Origin: Fredinandcohnia onubensis
GTDB lineage: Bacteria > Bacillota > Bacilli > Bacillales > Bacillaceae_L
Assembly (NCBI RefSeq): GCF_002734285.1
Contig: NZ_NSEA01000002.1
Coordinates: 327,869 to 351,868 of the forward strand
Reading direction: 5' to 3'
Length of the DNA stretch: 24,000 nt
Below are positions 17,244-24,000 of the stretch, piece after piece. Below the pieces are notes generated by a model. It was not told the origin of the DNA. It searched no databases and saw only the letters and a program-made list of their open reading frames with translations. Every line of letters begins with the position of its first letter. Position 1 is the first letter of the stretch. The translations under genes and the position numbers were made by a program.

Positions 17244-17906
17244 CTACGACTCTTTCCCCCCTTCCACAGTGACTACAATTTTTTCGGAGTCAATTTCCCA
17301 TCTGGAAGCTAATGTTTTTGTGATTGCATTAACATTGTTTTGATCTACTTTTTTATACACTGGCTCATTCTGTTTGGAGGTATCAATCTCAACTGTTTTT
17401 ACTACTGCCACATCATCAGGTTCGGCTGTCTCTTTTGATAGCACCACCTCAATTGACTGAATGTCATCCAACACTTCATCCAAAGTAACAATCTCTTTAC
17501 TGTCTACTGCACTTGAAAGGGATACGTTTACTTTTTGAACAGTTAAATCGTATTCGTTTTGCACCAACTCCTCTTTCACTTCAGATTCCAATTGGACAGC
17601 CATTGTTTCTAAAATATATGCACGTTGTGAGGCTTGTATTTCTTTTTTCTTCAAATCTATTAAATTTTCTAGATTTTTTTCACTTTGAACTGGTTTTAAA
17701 TTCATATTTAACAAGGCCTGGTCCAAATCTGATTTAAAAAGTGAGAACAGAGGAGTTAATATAATCAGGATTAATAAAAGCCCTGTTACCATTTTTACGT
17801 ATTTTTGCATACTAGAACTCGGCAGAAGCATGTCCACAATTGTCGCGAGTAAAATGAATAAAATAATATTGGTAATCCATTCGGCAATAAAACTCAGCGT
17901 CCTCAC
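17244..17906 (-). CDS. spoIIIAF: Stage III sporulation protein AF
   Basis: The conserved N-terminus reads SFIAEWITNIILFILLATIVDMLLPSSSMQKYVKMVTGLLLILIILTPLF. The start is ambiguous. The track uses GTG 17906, which lies inside the SD AAGGAGGTGA. An in-frame CTG at 17897 is 8 nt downstream of GGAGG and aligns with the B. subtilis Met1 (see findings). Confidence 0.88.
   Translation of the reverse strand: MRTLSFIAEWITNIILFILLATIVDMLLPSSSMQKYVKMVTGLLLILIILTPLFSLFKSDLDQALLNMNLKPVQSEKNLENLIDLKKKEIQASQRAYILETMAVQLESEVKEELVQNEYDLTVQKVNVSLSSAVDSKEIVTLDEVLDDIQSIEVVLSKETAEPDDVAVVKTVEIDTSKQNEPVYKKVDQNNVNAITKTLASRWEIDSEKIVVTVEGGKES
17613..17641 (-). promoter_or_regulatory. Candidate internal sigma-E promoter within spoIIIAF
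   Basis: The minus strand reads AAATACA-N14-CATATATT. My recalled sigma-E consensus is kmATAww-N14-CATACAhT. An essential internal promoter upstream of spoIIIAG is known in B. subtilis, but the position here (about 370 nt upstream of spoIIIAG) is unverified. Confidence 0.25.
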
Positions 17907-17917
17907 CTCCTTGGCCT

Positions 17918-19114
17918 TTATCTAACCATCAATGTCAGGTTTCCAGCTGCAATAATAACCGTGATACTTAGGAAAAACATAAGTGACACGATCGCTAATG
18001 CTGCAAAGATATATACGACACTTTTACTAATGATATTTAAACAAGCAATGACCGGCCCCCCGCCAAGTGGCTGCAGAAGTGCAGCTGCAAGCTTATAAAT
18101 AATGGCTAGGGACAGCACCTTAATCGCCGGGAATGCTGCAATTAACAGGAGAATAACGACCCCAAAGATACCAACAGTGTTTTTCAGAATGACCGAGGCA
18201 CTGATTACAGTATCGGTAGCATCCGTGAACATCCGGCCAATGACCGGAATAAAATTACCTGTAATAAATTTTGCGGTCCGAATTGTTATTCCGTCTGCAA
18301 CCGCTGTTGTCGTTCCCTGCACGGAGATAACACCTAAGAAAATTGTCAAGAAAACCCCGATGATGCCAATACTCACATTTCGTAGCAACTGGGCAAGCTG
18401 CGTTACCTTGTAATGTTCACTTAACGTACTCACAATGCTTAGTAAGGCAGACATAAACAACAAAGGTAAAACGATATATTGAATTAAAAGCCCGCTGGTA
18501 TTCATTAAAAATAATATCAGTGGGTGGAAAAATGCTGCTGATGCGATTCCACCCGATGATGCCACTAACGCTAGCAATAATGGAACAAGTGCTAGTATAA
18601 AATTGATCATCGTCTGAATAGCTTCCTCTGTATACATGATGGCAACCCTGAAGCTATTTAGCGCAATGATGATTAACACCATGTAGACAATTGCATAAGC
18701 AACTTTACTAACTGCACTTTTCTCAAATGAATTTTGCAATGTTTGCAAAAACATACTAAAAACCGTAAGCATGATTAGTGTGCTAAGAAGTTTTCCATTT
18801 GCAATGATTTCATGGAACACGAATTTTACGAGTCCAAGCAACCATTCCTTCAATGAAAGCTCCTTCTCGCCCTGAATGAATTCTAGTAAACTACCCTTTT
18901 GGCTTTCAGGTAAATAGCCTCCATAATCCGTAACAATTTCATCCCAAAATTGTTTTATTTCGTCGATGCCAAGGGTTTCTAGTTGTTCCTCAACCTGTTC
19001 ATGAATTTGGTTTTCGATGACTTCTTGCTGTGAGGGTGAGGCTTGTACAATATGTGGTAAAGAAAAAAAGAAAAGAAATAGAGCTAGAATAGAAAAGGTT
19101 TTACTACCGGTCAA
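17918..19114 (-). CDS. spoIIIAE: Stage III sporulation protein AE (polytopic membrane protein)
   Basis: There are many TM helices, with near-identity to B. subtilis SpoIIIAE as I recall it (FITGNFIPVIGRMFTDATDTVISASVILKNTVGIFGV...). The track start is TTG 19147, which has no SD. I prefer TTG 19114: the strong SD AAGGGGGTGG (19130..19121) places its GGGGG core 9 nt upstream of that TTG. This start gives a 398-aa protein beginning MTGSKTFSILALFLFFFSLPHIVQA, a signal-peptide-like N-terminus. Confidence 0.92.
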   Translation of the reverse strand: MTGSKTFSILALFLFFFSLPHIVQASPSQQEVIENQIHEQVEEQLETLGIDEIKQFWDEIVTDYGGYLPESQKGSLLEFIQGEKELSLKEWLLGLVKFVFHEIIANGKLLSTLIMLTVFSMFLQTLQNSFEKSAVSKVAYAIVYMVLIIIALNSFRVAIMYTEEAIQTMINFILALVPLLLALVASSGGIASAAFFHPLILFLMNTSGLLIQYIVLPLLFMSALLSIVSTLSEHYKVTQLAQLLRNVSIGIIGVFLTIFLGVISVQGTTTAVADGITIRTAKFITGNFIPVIGRMFTDATDTVISASVILKNTVGIFGVVILLLIAAFPAIKVLSLAIIYKLAAALLQPLGGGPVIACLNIISKSVVYIFAALAIVSLMFFLSITVIIAAGNLTLMVR

Positions 19115-19152
19115 TGCCAACCACCCCCTTGAAAACCATAATTTCAATCGAT

Positions 19153-19542
19153 TTAACTAGGAATAAGTCCAATAATTGTTTCTATTAATACTGTTAAAAT
19201 TGGTATAGCTAGTGCTAAAATTAGAATCTTTCCCCCGAGTTCAATCTTTGAGGCTAATGACCCTTGACCTGCATCTTTTGTAATCTGTGCGCCAAATTCA
19301 GCGATGTAGGCTATTCCAATGATTTTGAGAATGGTTTCCACATATACGGTGTTCACATTGGCGTTAATTGCAACTTTCTCAAGCATACGAATGATATCTG
19401 CAATTTCCCCCACTAAAAATAGAAAGATCACACAGCCGATAAATACGACAAGCAAAAAGGCAAAGGTAGGTTTTTGTTCTTTTACAATGAGTGCCAGAAA
19501 GGTTCCAATTAAACCTAATCCAACGATTTGTATAATCTCAAT
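19153..19542 (-). CDS. spoIIIAD: Stage III sporulation protein AD
   Basis: The track ORF (start TTG 19455) lacks the conserved first helix. The same frame stays open up to the TGA at 19548..19546 and encodes IEIIQIVGLGLIGTFLALIVKEQKPTFAF. SD AAGGAGGGG (19558..19550) lies 9 nt upstream of in-frame ATT 19542. The extended coordinates assume this non-canonical start (see findings). Confidence 0.82.
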   Translation of the reverse strand: MEIIQIVGLGLIGTFLALIVKEQKPTFAFLLVVFIGCVIFLFLVGEIADIIRMLEKVAINANVNTVYVETILKIIGIAYIAEFGAQITKDAGQGSLASKIELGGKILILALAIPILTVLIETIIGLIPS

Positions 19543-19556
19543 CGCTCATCCCCTCC

Positions 19557-19763
19557 TTACCCCTGAAAGAGGAATACGGCTTTAATCTTTTTAAATAGAT
19601 CCTCAACGATTGTTGCAACCATAAACAGGATATATATGAACCCCAACAATGTAACCCACTGGGCATATTCCTTTTTACCCATCTGATCTAGGATTGTATG
19701 GAGAAAGGCAACCACAATTCCTACACCGGCTATTTGAAATATAATATTTACATCCACTCCCAT
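19557..19763 (-). CDS. spoIIIAC: Stage III sporulation protein AC
   Basis: 68 aa. MGVDVNIIFQIAGVGIVVAFLHTILDQMGKKEYAQWVTLLGFIYILFMVATIVEDLFKKIKAVFLFQG is almost identical to B. subtilis SpoIIIAC as I recall it. SD GGGGGAG lies upstream. Confidence 0.95.
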   Translation of the reverse strand: MGVDVNIIFQIAGVGIVVAFLHTILDQMGKKEYAQWVTLLGFIYILFMVATIVEDLFKKIKAVFLFQG

Positions 19764-19778
19764 TCGCTTCTTCTCCCC

Positions 19779-20294
19779 CTAAATCAATAAAATGACTACT
19801 AATAAACCAGACAAAAAGCCCAGGCTTTTCACCATTTTTTCGTAACGCATTTGTCTATCTTTTGCATCACTTTCTTCCCGTTCAAGATGGGTTATAGCAA
19901 GTTTTATGTGCTTCTGTTGAGAGGTTCGATCATGCTGTCCAAGCGTTTCCCCAAACTGTTGAAGAATCTCAATTTCCCCTTGATGAAAGGCAGTCAATTT
20001 GGAAACATCTTTTAGACTTTCATCCCAAGCTACCTTGACACTTACCTCTCCTGTTTGAAGCCGTTTGGCAAAGCCTTCAAAAAAGTAAGATACAGGCTTC
20101 GGAATTTGCCGCGAGAGATGGGTTGCAACATCAATTAAGGGTACATGGCCGTACATAATTTCTGCTTCCAGTGATTGTAAGGCTGTTTTTAACATCCTTA
20201 ACTGACGAGGTCGTTCACTTAAACGTCGTGCTGCTTCAAATCCTGCCCAAGTGGTTGCAAGAAGAATAAATATTGCTCCTAAAATTTTTATCAT
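19779..20294 (-). CDS. spoIIIAB: Stage III sporulation protein AB
   Basis: 171 aa. TM helices at the N- and C-termini flank a cytoplasmic helical domain. Its ATG directly abuts the spoIIIAA stop (TAGATG). Size and operon position match SpoIIIAB. Confidence 0.92.
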   Translation of the reverse strand: MIKILGAIFILLATTWAGFEAARRLSERPRQLRMLKTALQSLEAEIMYGHVPLIDVATHLSRQIPKPVSYFFEGFAKRLQTGEVSVKVAWDESLKDVSKLTAFHQGEIEILQQFGETLGQHDRTSQQKHIKLAITHLEREESDAKDRQMRYEKMVKSLGFLSGLLVVILLI

Positions 20295-21218
20295 CTACGT
20301 CACGCTCACTTTTGGTAAAAGATGCTTTCCAGTAGGACCTAGGATGGATTTTATGGTTCCTGGCCCCTTTGTGCGTGATAACTCTACAAATCTCTCTATT
20401 ACTCCTGCTTCAATAATCTTCTGTAATGATGGACGCTTCGTGAGGTCGGAAATTTGATGTCCGTGTGCCGTCACAATCAAACTTACCCCAGCATTAACTG
20501 CTTCCATAATTGCTTCACTGTCTTCCTCTCTACCAATTTCATCAACAATTAATACGTCAGGACTCATCGATCTAATCATCATCATCATCCCCTCAGCCTT
20601 TGGACAAGCATCTAGAACATCGACTCTGGGCCCCAAGGAAGCTTGAGGAACCCCTTTAACACAACCGGCGATCTCAGAACGCTCATCTACGATTCCGACC
20701 TTTAACGCTGGAATGTGTCTTGATTCGATTCCTGTACTTATCATCCTTGCAAGATCCCTCAGTAAAGTGGTTTTACCAGTTTGTGGCGGACCAATGATGA
20801 TGGTATTTTTCCAATAAGAATCATAGAGATAAGGTGCAAGTGGAGCTGCAACTCCAATTTTTTGCTTTGCGATCCGAATATTAAAGGACGTCACATCTCG
20901 AATCGCTTTGACATTTCCATTCTCCGTAATCACTTTTCCAGCTAGTCCCACTCGATGTCCACCTTGGATGGTGACATAGCCCCGCTTCAGCTCTTCTTCA
21001 AGTGTATAAATCGAATATTGACCAAGTTTGTTCAGGAGCTGAACGGCATCTTCACCTGTAACGGAATAATTATGAAAAATTGGGATTCCATTCTCAATGA
21101 TTTCAAGAGGTCGAGCCACTCTTATTCGGATTTCTTCCATTTTTTCTATGCGTTCTGGAGGATACTTGTTTATAAGGCTTGCGATTGATTTTGGTAGCAC
21201 GTCAATTATTTCTTTCAT
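20295..21218 (-). CDS. spoIIIAA: Stage III sporulation protein AA (secretion-type ATPase)
   Basis: 307 aa. Walker A is IIGPPQTGKTTLLRD and Walker B is VLIVDEIG. It is the first gene of the operon, downstream of a sigma-E type promoter. Confidence 0.95.
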   Translation of the reverse strand: MKEIIDVLPKSIASLINKYPPERIEKMEEIRIRVARPLEIIENGIPIFHNYSVTGEDAVQLLNKLGQYSIYTLEEELKRGYVTIQGGHRVGLAGKVITENGNVKAIRDVTSFNIRIAKQKIGVAAPLAPYLYDSYWKNTIIIGPPQTGKTTLLRDLARMISTGIESRHIPALKVGIVDERSEIAGCVKGVPQASLGPRVDVLDACPKAEGMMMMIRSMSPDVLIVDEIGREEDSEAIMEAVNAGVSLIVTAHGHQISDLTKRPSLQKIIEAGVIERFVELSRTKGPGTIKSILGPTGKHLLPKVSVT

Positions 21219-21251
21219 CTAGTAAACTCCTCACATAATCTCTCATAATTC

Positions 21252-21279
21252 AATGTATGCAGGCTTGGACACATTATGC
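21252..21279 (-). promoter_or_regulatory. Sigma-E type promoter of the spoIIIA operon
   Basis: The minus strand reads GCATAAT (21279..21273), a 13-nt spacer, then CATACATT (21259..21252). The -10 matches the sigma-E CATACAhT consensus exactly. It lies 33 nt upstream of the spoIIIAA ATG. Confidence 0.6.
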
Positions 21280-21297
21280 CTACTACTCATTCGATTT

Positions 21298-21582
21298 CTA
21301 TTTGAAGAAGATTCCATACAAAATAAAGGCAACCCCAAGTCCGATAAAAAGCAGCTTCGAATACGATAGCTGATCAGCCAAACCAATCAGTCCAATTGAC
21401 ATAGTCGCGATAAGAATTAGCGGCCCCACAATAGCTAGTGAAGCATTAACCGCTAACGCTTTTTTTACATCATTAAAAACCAGCATTAAAATAGCAGCCG
21501 TTATTTCTAAGCAACCAGATAAAATTCGCAGGCCAGCCATCGTCAAAACACTTGAATCAAACATCGAAAATATTCGTTTCAT
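21298..21582 (-). CDS. yqhV: Small membrane protein of unknown function (YqhV-like, DUF2619)
   Basis: It has three hydrophobic segments. I prefer ATG 21582 (94 aa, MKRIFSMF...), which has SD-like GGTGGGG 6 nt upstream, over the track GTG 21594. Its position between efp and spoIIIAA matches B. subtilis yqhV. Confidence 0.8.
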   Translation of the reverse strand: MKRIFSMFDSSVLTMAGLRILSGCLEITAAILMLVFNDVKKALAVNASLAIVGPLILIATMSIGLIGLADQLSYSKLLFIGLGVAFILYGIFFK

Positions 21583-21708
21583 CGTTGTCCCCACCCAATT
21601 AAATTTCTTTTGTACAACCTATGCTTGTTCAATCATTTTCAGAAGAGGAATTTTTATGGGTTGGGTGATGGTGATTTTGTCGATTATTATTGTGTCCCCG
21701 AAAAACAT

Positions 21709-21740
21709 AAAAAAAGAACCCATCTAAAAAGATGGGTCCC
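21709..21740 (-). terminator. Rho-independent terminator of efp
   Basis: On minus-strand RNA, GGACCCAUCU pairs with AGAUGGGUUC (10 bp, two G-U pairs) around loop UUUU, followed by UUUUUUU. It lies 20 nt downstream of the efp stop. Confidence 0.8.
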
Positions 21741-21759
21741 CAAACAATCTCAATATTGA

Positions 21760-22317
21760 TTATGCACGTGATACGTATGATCCTTCAGTTGTGTTAATGA
21801 TTAACACATCGCCTTCATTAATGAAGAAAGGAACTTGAACGATTAAACCTGTTTCAAGAGTTGCTGGCTTTGTACCACCAGAAGCTGTATCCCCTTTGAT
21901 GCCAGGTTCTGTTTCAGTAACCTTAAGTTCAACTGTGTTTGGCAGCTCAACACCTAATGTTTCGCTTTGGAACATCATGATGTGCACTTCCATGTTTTCT
22001 TTTAAATATTTTAACTCATACTCGATTGCAGATGCTGGTAGCTCAATTTGCTCGTAAGACTCATTGTCCATGAATACATGTGAATCACCGTTTGCATATA
22101 GATATTGCATTCTGCGGTTTTCGATTTGTGCTTTTGCTACTTTTTCGCCGGCACGGAATGTTTTCTCTTGAACAGCACCTGTACGAAGGTTACGTAACTT
22201 AGAGCGTACAAAGGCTGCTCCTTTTCCTGGTTTAACGTGTTGGAAATCCATTACTCTCCAGATTCCACCGTCCACTTCAATTGTCAAACCTGTACGAAAA
22301 TCGTTAACTGAAATCAT
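21760..22317 (-). CDS. efp: Translation elongation factor P
   Basis: 185 aa. [48 protein letters not shown] contains the conserved KPGKG loop lysine. Confidence 0.98.
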   Translation of the reverse strand: MISVNDFRTGLTIEVDGGIWRVMDFQHVKPGKGAAFVRSKLRNLRTGAVQEKTFRAGEKVAKAQIENRRMQYLYANGDSHVFMDNESYEQIELPASAIEYELKYLKENMEVHIMMFQSETLGVELPNTVELKVTETEPGIKGDTASGGTKPATLETGLIVQVPFFINEGDVLIINTTEGSYVSRA

Positions 22318-22358
22318 ATACTATTTCCTCCTAATTCAATTGCGACAAACCTTTTTGT

Positions 22359-23420
22359 CTATAAAATAATTAACTCTTTCTTAGAGAATGTTAGTGATTC
22401 ATTGCCGTCTTTTTTGACAACTACATCGTCCTCAATTCTCACGCCACCTAGACCTGCTATGTAAATACCGGGTTCACAGGTTACAATCATTCCTGGTTCT
22501 AATACATTGTCAGATCGGAATGATAATGATGGCTGTTCATGAACCTCCATACCAAGACCGTGTCCAGTTGAATGACCAAAATATTCACCATAGCCCTTTT
22601 CCGTAATATAATCACGTGTTAAGGCATCGGCTTCTATTCCTGTGATGCCAGCCTTAATGCCGGCCATACCACGAAGCTGAGCTTCTAAAACAACATCATA
22701 AATGTTCTTCAGTTCATCGCTAGGATTCCCTACAGCGACGGTACGTGTTATATCTGAGCAATATCCCTTATAATATGCACCAAAATCAAGGGTTACAAAA
22801 TCACCTTTTTCAATTCCCTTATCACTCGCTACCCCATGTGGTAATGCTGAGCGATAACCTGATGCAACGATTGTGTCAAAAGAAGATGAAGTAGCACCTT
22901 GTTTTCGCATAAAAAATTCTAACTCAGTAGAAACTTCAATTTCAGTAATACCAGGACGAATCACATCTAAAATATGTGTAAAGGCGGCGTCAGCTATCTC
23001 CGCAGCTTCCTTTAATATCTTAATCTCTGAATCCGTCTTAATCAAGCGTAACTTTTCAATCACTCCTGAAACAGGAATAAGTTCTGCTTGAACCTCTTTA
23101 TCATACGCCGTAAAAGTTGCATAAGATAGATCATCTTGTTCAAACCCAAGCTTTTTAATTCCCATTTTTTCAGCTTGTTTGGCAACCTCTTTAATGATAG
23201 GTCCTGAATGTTGAACAATTTCAAATTCCTTCACCTGTTCACTTGCTTGCTCGACATAACGAAAATCTGTAATAAAAACTGCCTTGTTTTGTGAAATAAG
23301 GGCAACTCCCGCTGTTCCGGTGAAGTTAGTTATGTAACGTCTGTTATAGCTATTCGTAACTAATAAGCCATCAATTCCAAAACCTGAAAAACTTTCACGT
23401 AGCTTTTCTAATTTACTCAT
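22359..23420 (-). CDS. yqhT: Xaa-Pro aminopeptidase/dipeptidase, M24B family (YqhT-like)
   Basis: 353 aa. A creatinase-like N-domain precedes a pita-bread fold. Metal-ligand contexts are VTLDFGAYYKGYCSDITRT, HSTGHGLGMEVHE, TCEPGIY and VRIEDDV. Its start overlaps the aroQ 3' end by 8 nt. Confidence 0.93.
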   Translation of the reverse strand: MSKLEKLRESFSGFGIDGLLVTNSYNRRYITNFTGTAGVALISQNKAVFITDFRYVEQASEQVKEFEIVQHSGPIIKEVAKQAEKMGIKKLGFEQDDLSYATFTAYDKEVQAELIPVSGVIEKLRLIKTDSEIKILKEAAEIADAAFTHILDVIRPGITEIEVSTELEFFMRKQGATSSSFDTIVASGYRSALPHGVASDKGIEKGDFVTLDFGAYYKGYCSDITRTVAVGNPSDELKNIYDVVLEAQLRGMAGIKAGITGIEADALTRDYITEKGYGEYFGHSTGHGLGMEVHEQPSLSFRSDNVLEPGMIVTCEPGIYIAGLGGVRIEDDVVVKKDGNESLTFSKKELIIL

Positions 23421-23862
23421 CTAGCTTTCCCCCTAAATGGTCTATCATTGCTAATAACGCAAGCTTGTAGCCGTATACACCTACTCCGACTATTTGTCCA
23501 ATTGTAACAGGAGCAATGACTGATGTGTGTCGAAATTCCTCACGAGTATGTATATTCGAAATATGTATCTCCACTACAGGTACAGTAACGCCAGCAATTG
23601 CATCGCGAATCGCATAGCTATAATGCGTAAAAGCCGCTGGATTCATAACGATTCCATCGTATTCTCCTTCGGCATTATGGATAGCATCAATAATCGCACC
23701 CTCGTAATTCGATTGGAGGCAATCAAGCTCCACATTCTTGTTTTGCGCAAACTCAGTTAGGTCTTTCTCCACATCAGCTAGCGTGAGACTCCCATAAATA
23801 TGCGGCTCCCTTTTGCCAAGTCGATTTAAATTAGGTCCATTAATAAGGAGTATTTTCTTCAT
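23413..23862 (-). CDS. aroQ: Type II 3-dehydroquinate dehydratase
   Basis: 149 aa. ILLINGPNLNRLGKREPHIYG...NPAAFTHYSYAIRDA...VEIHISNIHTREEFRH are type II DHQase signatures. SD GGGAG lies 8 nt upstream of the ATG. Confidence 0.93.
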   Translation of the reverse strand: MKKILLINGPNLNRLGKREPHIYGSLTLADVEKDLTEFAQNKNVELDCLQSNYEGAIIDAIHNAEGEYDGIVMNPAAFTHYSYAIRDAIAGVTVPVVEIHISNIHTREEFRHTSVIAPVTIGQIVGVGVYGYKLALLAMIDHLGGKLDE

Positions 23863-23878
23863 ATATAAATCTCCCTTT

Positions 23879-23909
23879 AAAAAATAGAATGTTCGAACAA
23901 GAACATTCT
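23879..23909 (-). terminator. Rho-independent terminator of the gene upstream of aroQ
   Basis: Perfect 9-bp stem AGAATGTTC (23886..23894) pairs with GAACATTCT (23901..23909) around a 6-nt loop. On the minus strand it is followed by A-TTTTTT (plus-strand A-run 23879..23884). Confidence 0.65.
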
Positions 23910-23913
23910 ACCA
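23905..23913 (-). promoter_or_regulatory. Candidate extended -10 promoter element for aroQ-yqhT-efp
   Basis: The minus strand reads TGgTAGAAT. The -35 (TAGGTA, 18-nt spacer) is weak. The hexamer overlaps the upstream arm of the terminator hairpin. Confidence 0.3.
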
Positions 23914-23931
23914 TATCTTACCCTAATTTAC

Positions 23932-24000
23932 CTACTCATTTGTAGAGACGACACGCCTTTCAGCCCTCATTTCATTTTCTTCAAATGAAATTGAGTAACC
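23932..24000 (-). CDS. Possible 3' end of an upstream gene (22 codons plus stop). Function unknown.
   Basis: It is the only minus-strand frame open from the window edge (...GYSISFEENEMRAERRVVSTNE*). The TAG at 23934..23932 lies 22 nt before the terminator hairpin. It is too short to identify. Confidence 0.25.
   Translation of the reverse strand, partial: GYSISFEENEMRAERRVVSTNE

Noticed and set aside
18102-18413. Antisense ORFs of 60-103 aa inside large genes. Examples: 18102..18413, 9413..9706, 7421..7699, 6059..6325, 6823..7083, 10228..10467, 19319..19585, 16269..16502.
   Set aside because: All lie opposite strongly supported conserved genes and lack SD sequences. Their Ser/Phe/Ile/Leu-rich translations are what the reverse complement of AT-rich coding DNA typically gives. 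I saw no independent signals.
21656-21727. 23-codon plus-strand ORF (MGWVMVILSIIIVSPKNIKKEPI) with a GAGGA SD between efp and yqhV. It looked like a possible type I toxin-like hydrophobic peptide ending in the efp terminator.
   Set aside because: The hydrophobic stretch is only about 12-14 residues, too short for a membrane helix. No credible plus-strand promoter lies upstream. An ORF this short is expected by chance, so I did not promote it to a feature.
22344-22359. Short hairpin GACAAA-cctt-TTTGTC between yqhT and efp
   Set aside because: The stem is only 6 bp and AT-rich, with no U-tract on the transcribed strand. It is unlikely to terminate. It overlaps the yqhT stop and may be incidental.
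23969-23991. 9-bp AT-rich hairpin ATTTCATTT-5 nt-AAATGAAAT near the window end
   Set aside because: It lies inside the only open minus-strand frame (the putative 3' end of the upstream gene), has an AT-only stem, and has no U-tract. It is probably incidental.
1-24000. Whole-window scan for mobile elements, CRISPR repeats, tRNA or rRNA genes, toxin-antitoxin or defence-system gene pairs, and atypical-composition islands
   Set aside because: Every ORF longer than 90 aa on the coding strand has a recognisable housekeeping or sporulation identity in conserved order. I saw no direct or inverted long repeats, integrase or transposase motifs, or composition breaks.

Overview
This is an AT-rich chromosomal core segment from an endospore-forming Bacillaceae genome. 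Gene order is colinear with the Bacillus subtilis yqhS-to-yqiK region as I recall it. All large genes lie on the minus strand. Read in their direction of transcription (high to low coordinates) they are: aroQ(yqhS)-Xaa-Pro peptidase(yqhT)-efp; yqhV-like; the complete spoIIIAA-AH operon; accB-accC-asp23(yqhY); nusB-folD-xseA-xseB-ispA-dxs-tlyA-like(yqxC); argR(ahrC)-recN; spoIVB; spo0A; a glycerophosphodiester phosphodiesterase (yqiK-like); and the 5' end of a PAS-domain regulator that runs off the window. Only two small genes are on the plus strand: a DUF2627-like membrane protein, and a 48-codon ORF absent from the supplied track. Each shares a bidirectional terminator with a convergent minus-strand gene. 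I saw no rRNA or tRNA genes, CRISPR arrays, transposases, prophage genes or defence-island genes, and I cannot support a new multi-gene system here. The points worth a second look are small-scale. (1) spoIIIAD has no canonical start codon for its conserved first helix, which implies an AUU start, mini-ORF coupling or a frameshift. (2) In spoIIIAF a perfect SD is spaced for a CTG codon. (3) The 48-aa micro-gene next to spo0A has its own promoter, SD and terminator. (4) A FapR-type inverted repeat sits on the predicted accBC transcription start. (5) The spo0A control region has a sigma-H promoter and three 0A boxes. (6) There are candidate sigma-E and forespore-type promoters. (7) A terminator and an extended -10 promoter overlap upstream of aroQ. 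I revised several track start sites using SD spacing and remembered homologue N-termini (asp23, spoIIIAH, spoIIIAE, spoIIIAD, yqhV). All motif calls were made by eye and no database search was possible.
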